DNA from: Candidatus Thorarchaeota archaeon
GTDB lineage: Archaea; Asgardarchaeota; Thorarchaeia; Thorarchaeales; Thorarchaeaceae
DNA: 18,668 bases
Direction: 5' to 3'
Assembly: GCA_048882485.1 (NCBI GenBank)
Contig: JBHLRP010000059.1
Location: 1 to 18,668, forward strand
The translations under genes were made by a program, and so were the position numbers. This document shows, in pieces, positions 8,562 to 16,947 of the stretch (position 1 is its first letter; every line of letters begins with the position of its first letter). The notes under the pieces are model-generated. The model was not told where the DNA came from, made no database searches, and saw only the letters and a list, made by a program, of their open reading frames with translations.

Positions 8562-9830
8562 CTACTCTCTCTGAAATGCATCATTTAGCCAGTCAAAGGC
8601 AATTTGTTCAAGTAGACTAAGATTGTCTATTTGGCAATGCATGCTGGCACCATCCTCTTGCGTAAAGACCCTCATTTCCTTGGTATTACTCGACACTTGC
8701 TCATAGAAATCATAGCACTGCCGCATTTGTTCTTCCGAATCTCCATCTCCTACTAGGCAAAGGACAGGGCATGAAATGGACCTTGAATCTACTGGCGGAA
8801 TTCTCTTTGATAAATCCATGAGTTCTTTCATCGAGCTGACACGTGATGCATCCACAGCATGTTCAAGAGATACTCTCGTGAACGCATTCACTTTTGCTGC
8901 GAGCCCAGTGAGCGCTTTGAAGATGAACTCAGGTGCGTTCTGCAATGCACTTGGAATCTCTTCGGTAAGCAATGCGTTGATGTCATAGAGGGGTGCCGCC
9001 AATACAATTGCTTTGATGCGATCATCAAAAGACGCCTGATGCATGACCTGGTATGCGCCAGAGCTGAATCCGATTGCAGCAAGACGTTCAGAGTCTGTTT
9101 CAGGTCGGTTTAACGCATAATCTACTATGAATTTATGGAACCCCGGCGCCACCATCACTTCCGCTGGATCCATTGCCGGCAGGTCTGGATACAGTACTGG
9201 CGGCGCTCTTGATCCCTCATAAGCGAGGGTTATGACATTGAAGCCTCTCTGTAGCGCTGTCGCACCGCCCCAGAAGTACTGGTCCTCTGGATACATCTCT
9301 CCTCCATTGAGTACAATGATTGTTGGACGTTTTATCCCACTGTTGTCTGGTGACATTAAGTACCCAGGCATGAGTAATTCATCATCCCCTCGAATCCAAG
9401 GCACTTGAATTGGTTCAATGTGAGCCTCAAGATAGGTAGCAGCTCGTTGAAAACATGACACAAATCTGTGATAGGTTTCATCTCGCTGTTCACTGGATGT
9501 TGAGATTCCAATTATCCCTATTCGATAATACGTATAGGCATGGAGGTACTGCACTGCGGCGGTTACAGTATTCCCCCTCTCTACTGCCTCATCAGCTCGC
9601 TCTTCACATCTCCGGCCAAGTGCCAACCATTCGTGTGCCCAACTGTCTGGATCGTTCTCCTTGATTCTGTTTGCAGCATACATGATCTCACCCATAGATG
9701 CACCATTATGCGAGATATTCACAGTCGCCGCCATCAGATAGAAGTCCATATCCTTGTTCTTGAAGTAAAATCGGTATGAGGCTCTCTTCGCAACTCTGTC
9801 TTTCTTGCTATTTCTTCTCGTCTTCATCAC
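8562..9830 (-). CDS. Alpha/beta hydrolase (FrsA / 2,6-dihydropseudooxynicotine hydrolase-like)
   Basis: Nucleophile elbow GFSSG, acid in GDGD, His in GASMHCQ, helical N-terminal domain, C-terminal FDWL. Confidence 0.88.
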   Translation of the reverse strand: MMKTRRNSKKDRVAKRASYRFYFKNKDMDFYLMAATVNISHNGASMGEIMYAANRIKENDPDSWAHEWLALGRRCEERADEAVERGNTVTAAVQYLHAYTYYRIGIIGISTSSEQRDETYHRFVSCFQRAATYLEAHIEPIQVPWIRGDDELLMPGYLMSPDNSGIKRPTIIVLNGGEMYPEDQYFWGGATALQRGFNVITLAYEGSRAPPVLYPDLPAMDPAEVMVAPGFHKFIVDYALNRPETDSERLAAIGFSSGAYQVMHQASFDDRIKAIVLAAPLYDINALLTEEIPSALQNAPEFIFKALTGLAAKVNAFTRVSLEHAVDASRVSSMKELMDLSKRIPPVDSRSISCPVLCLVGDGDSEEQMRQCYDFYEQVSSNTKEMRVFTQEDGASMHCQIDNLSLLEQIAFDWLNDAFQRE

Positions 9831-9935
9831 CCAATTCCGATACTAAGACGATTCTATATTGTACAAATGAGCATCTAGAATTACTGCCTTACATATAGGG
9901 TTGAATTATAAGGCTGCTTATCCACTATCAAGGGC

Positions 9936-10586
9936 ATGAGAAAGGTCGTAATTGAGCTGAAGACAAACCCTCAGTTCAGAAAGGCGCAGCGCGGCATCTT
10001 CGAGAAGATTGAATCTATCGAGGGATTGGAGCTGTTTAGATTCGACTTCAAGAAGAGTGATGCATTGATGCTTACAGATTTCATAATGAAGAAGGGATAT
10101 TCTCTAGAAGACGCTGAAATCCCCACCGAGGCTGAGGTTCTCACCATACTGGAGGCAAAGAATCGTACCTACACCTGTCTGATGAGGCTGAAGCCATATC
10201 GGGAACTCGATGCCATAGTCAAGAAGTTCGATATCGATGTGATCTGGGACACTCCATTAAGAGCCACAGAAGAGAAGCGCGTCTATAGTGCTATTGCTGA
10301 TCAGGAGAACATGAAGAAACTTCTCTCAGCGATCAAGCTTGTGGGTGACATCGAGAAGACAAGCTTTCACAAGGCAACCTATGGTGCACACGGTTTATTG
10401 TCCTGTCTGACAGCAAGACAAAAAGAGATACTCATTCTTGCCAAGAAAACGGGGTACTATGAATATCCCCGGAGGACAAAGAGTGAAGACCTAGCGCATA
10501 TGCTTGGAATCAGTAAGGCTTCCACAATTGAGCATCTTCGAAAAGCAGAAGTCCGAATAATGAATCAAATACTGGCAGGGTACTAG
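9936..10586 (+). CDS. HTH-10 (bacterio-opsin activator-type) DNA-binding protein
   Basis: C-terminal LTARQKEILILAKKTGYYEYPR..LAHMLGISKASTIEHLRKAE; TTATAA at 9906-9911 suggests a leaderless transcript. Confidence 0.9.
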   Translation: MRKVVIELKTNPQFRKAQRGIFEKIESIEGLELFRFDFKKSDALMLTDFIMKKGYSLEDAEIPTEAEVLTILEAKNRTYTCLMRLKPYRELDAIVKKFDIDVIWDTPLRATEEKRVYSAIADQENMKKLLSAIKLVGDIEKTSFHKATYGAHGLLSCLTARQKEILILAKKTGYYEYPRRTKSEDLAHMLGISKASTIEHLRKAEVRIMNQILAGY

Positions 10587-10678
10587 TATCTGAGTTCTAA
10601 GAACGAGTGAGGGAGAAAGCTGAATGCATCTTCCGCTCTTGCGCGAAGCCTTATGTTGCTTCCGGCTTGATTCAACCT

Positions 10679-11113
10679 ATGGCATCAGATCTCTCAAAAA
10701 AGGCAACGAAACTCATGGATGAACAAAAGGCACACTGTGCTCAAGCAATATTCGCTACATATGGTGAACACCTAGGCTCAGGAAAGGTCGACTTTGAAAC
10801 CTGCATGAAGATATCCTCTGCATTCAGTGGGGGAGTAGCAAGAACTGGCAACATTTGTGGAGCTATAAATGGCGCACTAATGGTACTTGGTCTGAAGTAT
10901 GGCGGATCGCCAATTGAAGCAAGAGTCAACGAAGCTGCAGTCAAGCTTATGGATGAATTCAAAGCCCTCAATGGAACAATATTCTGTCGGGAGTTAATCG
11001 ATCATGACCTGCTCTCAGATGATGATGTGAAACGGGCATTTGAAGTAGGAGCCTTCAAGAACTGCTCAAAATTCGTTGAAGATGTTTCCAAGATTCTGGA
11101 TAGGATGTTATAA
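10679..11113 (+). CDS. C_GCAxxG_C_C family putative redox protein
   Basis: HCAQA, FSGG..TGNICGAING, GTIFCREL, KNC motifs; likely start ATG at 10679. Confidence 0.9.
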   Translation: MASDLSKKATKLMDEQKAHCAQAIFATYGEHLGSGKVDFETCMKISSAFSGGVARTGNICGAINGALMVLGLKYGGSPIEARVNEAAVKLMDEFKALNGTIFCRELIDHDLLSDDDVKRAFEVGAFKNCSKFVEDVSKILDRML

Positions 11114-11151
11114 TTCCCTGACAGTACGATACTCTTCATAGGAACTCGGTT

Positions 11152-11181
11152 CCCGAATACCTCACAAGCCGTGACAATTCT
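11152..11181 (-). repeat. Anchor-3'-end repeat, copy D
   Basis: cccgaatacctcacaagccgtgacaattct; minus strand reads RIVTACEVFG (compare KIVMAREIFG); 7 nt from the DUF362 stop. Confidence 0.65.
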
Positions 11182-11188
11182 AATCATC

Positions 11189-12226
11189 TTAACCATTAGA
11201 CAGGACTGATTGGTTTCTTCTTCTGTGGTTTGGATATGCTTGAGTCTTCCGTCCTTTCTTCCATGTTTCGATTATTGTAGCTAGGGGAGTTCCAAGCACT
11301 TGAATACGCTTGTAGTCCGATTCGCCCAAACCTCTTTCTGCTGCGTGTTTGAGGTATGATATGTTAAAGGGATTAAATCCAGCGATTTTCACTGTGATGA
11401 AATCAAGAGCAAGAGGATCTTGGCTGGCGAGGATTGTACTGAGATTAAATGGATCTTGACCTACTGTCTCTGTCATGTCCACATCACCGCTGACAACTAC
11501 GCCATCAATAATGTTGAGAGTTGGTCTGAGTGTCATGTTAAGGTCCACCAATCCCTGAGCGAGATTCTTGTGAATTCGTCTCTTTTCTCCACTTGGGCTC
11601 CACCACTGATGATGGGCAGAATGGTAGTACTTGCCCTCGGCTCTCAGGAATTCTTGGGAGAGTTCACAGCAGAATTCTGACGGACGATTGTGTGAGTAAT
11701 CCCCCTTTCCAGGAAGGGCTCCCATAAGATTCTTGACTGCCAAACTAGCCCACTCTTTTCTTTCTGAAGTCCGTCTGTATATCTTGAGCTTTGGCACGTT
11801 GATCAGCGCGTCGCAATCAAGTATGACTCTTGGAATTCGTAGCTCTTTGACTGACTGACCCTTTGGGACAATAACATCCTTAGTAGGACTTTCATTCAAG
11901 TCTATCAATTTCACACCATATTGCTCAGCCAACTCTACGTACCCGCATGCTCGAAATGCTAGTTTGGTGTCAACACAACTTGAACCCTCAGCTATGCTCA
12001 CATCTGCAGCACCCGCGTCTTGGCATAGTTCAATGATGGCTTGAACAACCGGTGGATCTGTTGTGAACCCAGTAAATGGAGGTAAGCCAAAAACCAGGTT
12101 TGGTTTAATTATCACTCTATCCTGTGGTTGTACAAAACTCTGAATCCCCCCAAGCAATCGAACTGACTCCGCAACGGCAGTTCTAATGCTATCGTTTTGC
12201 ACAATCGATACAACGACCATTATCAT
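11189..12226 (-). CDS. DUF362 domain protein
   Basis: VIIKPNLV, TTDP, IAEGS, INVPKLK, KNLMG, IIDG, ASQDPLALD motifs. Confidence 0.9.
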   Translation of the reverse strand: MIMVVVSIVQNDSIRTAVAESVRLLGGIQSFVQPQDRVIIKPNLVFGLPPFTGFTTDPPVVQAIIELCQDAGAADVSIAEGSSCVDTKLAFRACGYVELAEQYGVKLIDLNESPTKDVIVPKGQSVKELRIPRVILDCDALINVPKLKIYRRTSERKEWASLAVKNLMGALPGKGDYSHNRPSEFCCELSQEFLRAEGKYYHSAHHQWWSPSGEKRRIHKNLAQGLVDLNMTLRPTLNIIDGVVVSGDVDMTETVGQDPFNLSTILASQDPLALDFITVKIAGFNPFNISYLKHAAERGLGESDYKRIQVLGTPLATIIETWKKGRKTQAYPNHRRRNQSVLSNG

Positions 12227-12338
12227 CGCTCACCGACATTTCGAATCATGGCGCTTTTATTGGCAATCCTGTCAAGCATATACAATCCCCTCCTTTAACC
12301 AATTAGGTTTGATTCAGAAACGGTCGCGCACAACAAGC

Positions 12339-12376
12339 AAAAAAAGAGAGGCATCTTGATTTGCACCAAGTGCCTC
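12339..12376 (-). terminator. Hairpin plus T-tract terminator for the 12400..12987 gene
   Basis: Minus strand GAGGCACTTG-gtgcaaat-CAAGaTGCCTC-tcTTTTTTT. Confidence 0.7.
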
Positions 12377-12399
12377 CTAGATTCACCTCTTGTCTTGCT

Positions 12400-12987
12400 C
12401 TAGTTGATTCTGAAGTATCCAGGTGCGAAATGAGGAGCTCCCGCAAATGGTCCTGATTCGTACCAAATAATCTCCCCACTCATATGGACACTTCGACCAT
12501 CATATATCGAGAAGCTCCCACCTGCCATTTCGACATTCCCAGCCATGTGATAGTCATTGGTCTGAAGATTCGTTTGACCTTTGTCATGGCCCCATAGAAC
12601 TAGTTCGTCGGGACTGTTCATTGGCAACCAATATGCCCAGGCAGAATCATCTCCATTTGGTATCGCAGGAAAGCTTTGATCGCCCATGTCATAAATCGCC
12701 CAAATCTCCTCAAAGAAATGTATATTGCCTTTGAGATTTGCGAGGTCAGTGACAAACGACTTGCCCGAACCAATGGCGAAGAACAACATGCCATACTCTT
12801 TCCCGTCGATGGTTATAGTCCCGACCCAGTCAGGAACCTTATCTCCTGCTCCTGGCCATAGCAAATTAAACTCCAAATCCATAGAACCAGTTATAGGTCT
12901 TGTAGCCGCTACCTCTGGAATCGCAACCAAGGCAAGTGATAAGGCAAACAATACTAGCACAACACCAATTTTCCTCAGCCTATTCAT
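12400..12987 (-). CDS. Hypothetical secreted protein
   Basis: 195-aa ORF with signal peptide and beta-rich body; GGAG before ATG. Confidence 0.8.
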   Translation of the reverse strand: MNRLRKIGVVLVLFALSLALVAIPEVAATRPITGSMDLEFNLLWPGAGDKVPDWVGTITIDGKEYGMLFFAIGSGKSFVTDLANLKGNIHFFEEIWAIYDMGDQSFPAIPNGDDSAWAYWLPMNSPDELVLWGHDKGQTNLQTNDYHMAGNVEMAGGSFSIYDGRSVHMSGEIIWYESGPFAGAPHFAPGYFRIN

Positions 12988-13304
12988 CTCCCAATTGATC
13001 CTTTAGCACTAAATTACGCGAATGCTGTTGTTTCATAGTCATTCAATACACCAAGTTGCTTGCGCGACTAGCGTATTGCAATCTGCTATGCCATCTTCTG
13101 GAATATCAAAGGACGGGAGAGCATAGTGCTAAAAAAGGCAGAAAACATGGCACATTAGCAACATTCGATACTGCGCATTGCGGAATATTCACTTAGAAGG
13201 GAGTTATATTAGCAAGTCGTTGTATATAATTTCATAAGCTGTTGGGGACGTTGTTTTGCAAACTCATCTGACGACTAAGAACCGTTTCCCGAGTCAGCTG
13301 AAAC

Positions 13305-14321
13305 TTGGTGAGTAGTTTGGATCCGGTGGATTGGGCTCTAATCTGTGAATTGTGCGGCAATAGTAGGATGAGCTACCAAAAGATTGCGGAAAAACTTGGA
13401 ACCTCTCCAAATACTGTCAAGAATCGAATCCATAGGCTGCTTGAACAAAAACTGCTTGTAGACTTTGTAGTCATTGTGAGTGTGGAAATGCTAGGCGCAG
13501 AACACGTGCATGGTGTAATATCAACAGATGGGACTGAGAAAGTAGTGGAGTTCATGAAACAAGTCGCTAAACAGCGTATAGTATGTGAGATTTATCGTAC
13601 CGGTGATATGCGATATGAATACTGGGCTATGGTGTCAGGTGCCGCTGAAACATTGGGTCTCAAGAAGTATCTTGAAGAGCTTGATGGAACTATCGATGTA
13701 GAGATGAGGCCTGTTGTCTTTCTTTTTCCTAACATCCCGAACTATCATTTGAACACGAGAGGAAAGAAGGTCACATTTACTCGTCATCAGTTAAGAGTGC
13801 TGAGGTGTTTATACGAAAATGCTAGAATGCCAGTGGCCCAAATAGCACGGAAAACAGGCTTGACTCCAAGACGGGTCCGGAAAGTCCTACGCGAGTTAGA
13901 AGAAGGCGAAGGCATCCACATTACTGTTGGCTATAACATATTTGCATTAGGAGATATGGAATATCGGTTGAAAATACGTTTTGATGAATCACAAATAGAT
14001 GCTCGTGATATTATTATGGATTTATACCACAAATATCCAGATGAATTCTGGTGGTCTAGCATAACTACTAACGATTCAATTGTTGATGTGGGCATGATTA
14101 TTGATCGCCCAGGCAAAGGGATGCCCATGATACGAGGTCTTAAAGAAAATCCTTTCATCAAATCGGTTGAGGACTATGTTTCTTATCCTAGAGTTGTTGG
14201 GAATATCTTCCCTCTGCGTCTAAAATTGGAAGAAATGCTAATTGAATCAGGCTTGCTAGCTGAATCTGACATAATCAGACGAAGGTCCTTCGGACTAGAG
14301 TCTTCCTTGCTAGAGTCCTAG
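13305..14321 (+). CDS. Lrp/AsnC-type regulator with two tandem wHTH modules
   Basis: LDPVDWALICEL..NSRMSYQKIAEKLGTSPNTVKNRI and VLRCLYENARMPVAQIARKTGLTPRRVRKVL. Confidence 0.88.
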   Translation: MVSSLDPVDWALICELCGNSRMSYQKIAEKLGTSPNTVKNRIHRLLEQKLLVDFVVIVSVEMLGAEHVHGVISTDGTEKVVEFMKQVAKQRIVCEIYRTGDMRYEYWAMVSGAAETLGLKKYLEELDGTIDVEMRPVVFLFPNIPNYHLNTRGKKVTFTRHQLRVLRCLYENARMPVAQIARKTGLTPRRVRKVLRELEEGEGIHITVGYNIFALGDMEYRLKIRFDESQIDARDIIMDLYHKYPDEFWWSSITTNDSIVDVGMIIDRPGKGMPMIRGLKENPFIKSVEDYVSYPRVVGNIFPLRLKLEEMLIESGLLAESDIIRRRSFGLESSLLES

Positions 14322-14334
14322 TCCTCTTGGTGTT

Positions 14335-14628
14335 TTACTCTTTTCTGGTTTTCACGAGCAATACTATAGCAAGAATTGTTATCGTGCTCGCGGCAACAAT
14401 TAACAATTCAATGGGTAATGAAGAACCCCCAGTACCGGTCGTAGTCGTACTAGTTGTTTCAGTTGAAATTTCAATTTGAAGAATCTCTAGCCCATCATCT
14501 GCATCTGCCACAAATACTAAATCATTGACCACTTCGATATTTGCTGCACTCCCGCCGTCGTAATAATGCAACATTTCAATGATATTATCGTGATTACTAG
14601 TATCTAGGATTTCAACACCATCACATTC
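14335..14628 (-). pseudogene. 5'-truncated LVIVD-repeat surface protein
   Basis: Frame open from 14628: [41 protein letters not shown], then Thr-rich linker, TM helix and basic tail; in-frame stop at 14629-14631 and no signal peptide. Confidence 0.75.
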
Positions 14629-14739
14629 TCAAAGCTAGAACTAGAGATTAGCGTATCATTTCTGTTCAGGGTATCTGCTGCAAACCGCCGTATTTCCAAA
14701 CTAGAATGATACTATCCAACACATGAGCAACAGCTCCGG

Positions 14740-14979
14740 TGTTCTCTTAGATAGTATATATAGTCGCCAGATAGTCAGGTTCGAAGATCGCTTCACCATG
14801 ACAATCTTCTGAGGATCAAAATTCCTTCTGTCAAAGGAACCCAACACAATTTCTGTTTCTGAGTTCACTGGCCCGTATGACAAGCCAAGAGGGAGTGTGT
14901 TTGGTGAAGACACTTGGTATCGAATCATATAGAGGCGACACACAGAAAAACTGCACGCCGGTGAAACGGGACTCAACAT
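14740..14979 (-). pseudogene. Repeat copy C, possibly a longer remnant of the anchor gene 3' end
   Basis: Core 14768-14817 reads DPQKIVM[1-nt deletion]IFEPDYL; the frame stays open upstream (..YMIRYQVSSPNTLPLGLSYGPVNSETEIVLGSFDRRNFDPQKIVM). Core homology is clear, the extension is inferred. Confidence 0.7.
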
Positions 14980-15007
14980 CTGAGTTTCTCAGTACTCTGA
15001 GGTTTCA

Positions 15008-16615
15008 TTAGATCATTGTGGTGTACAGACCACTCTCTATGACGTCCTCAGAAAGAACTAATGAGAATTGCAGTAGGTTAGCTATTAGTCCGTCTCTCTC
15101 AGAAGGCATCACTGCAAGAAATGCAACTGTGCTGTTATATGCTGCAACGTTGTTGCGTATGGTCCAATAGCCTACTATTTCCCATTCCTCGGGGACAAGT
15201 CCATCTAGGTATATTATAGCAATCTTGACATCATGATTGGCTGCGGTGATTCGAATCGTGTCTACACTAATCGAATCATCCAGCAACGACGTACCAATAT
15301 CTAGGGTCCCAATACCCCACTTGTCAATACACACGATATCGGAAAGGTAGTTTGCACAACCGATATCATTCATCATGACAGTTTCACCGGTATAGAATCT
15401 GTCAAGAAAAAGGCCTATCTGATATTGCTGATTGTAGATGTTATTAGATGCAATGGGTGTCCACATAAAACACAGAGCACCCCGTGCCGCTAAAGGTGCG
15501 ATGAACAGCATAATCAGGCCCAATGAGTATAAACGGGTCCTTTTTGGACCTGTCTGTCTTGCTGAAACACTCAATGAGCCTAGATTGAGTCCGGACAGGA
15601 ACCGGTGGCCTCTGACTGCAACTGTGAAGATACCAAGTGCGACCAAGTAAGCTTCATATCTGAAGAACCATCCAATCGAACCAAACTGTAGATGCAACAG
15701 ACAAGATGAAACGAAAAGCAACTTCATCACGTTGTCAATGTGCCAGAACCCTTGTTCTTGGAACCGAGGCAATTTGACAGATGCGATTAGGAGTCCAAGT
15801 AAATATGGTGATACTACTAAGTTAGCAATACCACGAACGAAGAACCAGCCAATGCCATTATCTATAGCCGCAATCCCTTTTACGACAAGCGAGTTTGGAA
15901 GAAAGAGCCAGCCATTCTGTACGGAAACGATACCATATATGATCCATGGAACTCCTGTCATACCCAGAACAATCAAAGCATGGGTCCAGTCTCTTTTCAT
16001 CAAGAACAAGAGGACTACAGGTATGGCAAGGAATACGGACTCAAAGCGAATGGCAGAAACGAAAGGAGTCACTATGAACAAAAGGAACGATTCCCTGCCA
16101 AAGCGCATATCGCCAGAGAGGACTCTTGATGAGAGGACAACAAAGATCAGAGACAGGATAATGTGTAGAATGTGCTCCATTCCTGTGAAGACGAGACCCG
16201 GCAGTGACGTGAAGAAGACAAATGATAGCAGTACGCCGGTGATATATCGTGGACTCATACCGGTGTCTTTGAGCAACATGTAGACTGTCACTACGGCGAT
16301 TGATGCCAGTACAGCATTGAGGGCCAAAGGCAACATATCGCTAACTCCCACCAATAGGAACCCTGCAGAGATTATCAGATTCCAAAATGGCGAGGATGAA
16401 CTGGAGCTGAACTCGTATCGAGTAACGCCGAACACCAAGAATTCGTTGAGATTCCTAGAAATAGCCAGATGAATATAGATATCATCAATGGTATAGATCA
16501 TATGACCAGAATTCATTGCCAAAATCGCGACAGACAATACAAACAGTGACAACCACAGGCAGAAGAGTGCAATTATTAATGGTAGATGCTTAACCTCCAT
16601 TCTTTCAACCTTCAC
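15008..16615 (-). CDS. Polytopic membrane protein, probable GT-C-fold glycosyltransferase
   Basis: DDIYIH..ISRNL after TM1, SSSPFW, TGME, RFES, many TM helices and a C-terminal soluble domain (DIG..Y..D..G). Confidence 0.7.
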   Translation of the reverse strand: MKVERMEVKHLPLIIALFCLWLSLFVLSVAILAMNSGHMIYTIDDIYIHLAISRNLNEFLVFGVTRYEFSSSSSSPFWNLIISAGFLLVGVSDMLPLALNAVLASIAVVTVYMLLKDTGMSPRYITGVLLSFVFFTSLPGLVFTGMEHILHIILSLIFVVLSSRVLSGDMRFGRESFLLFIVTPFVSAIRFESVFLAIPVVLLFLMKRDWTHALIVLGMTGVPWIIYGIVSVQNGWLFLPNSLVVKGIAAIDNGIGWFFVRGIANLVVSPYLLGLLIASVKLPRFQEQGFWHIDNVMKLLFVSSCLLHLQFGSIGWFFRYEAYLVALGIFTVAVRGHRFLSGLNLGSLSVSARQTGPKRTRLYSLGLIMLFIAPLAARGALCFMWTPIASNNIYNQQYQIGLFLDRFYTGETVMMNDIGCANYLSDIVCIDKWGIGTLDIGTSLLDDSISVDTIRITAANHDVKIAIIYLDGLVPEEWEIVGYWTIRNNVAAYNSTVAFLAVMPSERDGLIANLLQFSLVLSEDVIESGLYTTMI

Positions 16616-16837
16616 TCCTGTGATTTAGAGATAGATTCCTGGTATGCACCCGGACACCAATCTGTAACCAGCTCGCTGTCGAGATTGAAGAACTATTTTA
16701 TATTTTTGATTTCCCGGCAACCGCTCACCAGAATGGACATATGAGAAGGGCCCTCAAGCCCGTAGATGTCGACGACGCTCTTGAACCGGACTCATCGAAC
16801 CAGTGAAGGCTCTCCACTGCTACATACCTACAACCAA

Positions 16838-16947
16838 GATGAAGAATGAGGGAGCATGAAGCTCTCTCTATGAGTTTGAAACTACATCTGTTTCTCTTGT
16901 CTGTACGGCAGACAGTCAGGTCCGAATATATCGCGTGACATGACGAT
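16838..16947 (-). repeat. Anchor-3'-end repeat, copy B (intact frame plus hairpin flank)
   Basis: 16882-16947 reads IVMSRDIFGPDCLPYRQEKQM*; abuts and overlaps the M32 stop by 1 nt; hairpin at 16848-16868. Confidence 0.92.

Noticed and set aside
13000-13300. Short palindromes (attgcaat, gaatattc, tttgcaaa) upstream of the AsnC gene
   Set aside because: Too short and inconsistent to call as operators.
14272-14321. AsnC tail IIRRRSFGLES resembling the repeat peptide in the opposite orientation
   Set aside because: Only about 8 nt (ttcggact) match and the orientation is opposite to all other copies; chance is likely.
15732-16283. 183-aa plus-strand ORF and the other short ORFs antisense to called genes
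   Set aside because: Shadow frames of well-supported genes with no recognisable motifs.
16899-16915. TGTCTG-tacgg-CAGACA hairpin within copy B
   Set aside because: Not preserved by compensatory changes in copies A or E, so probably incidental.
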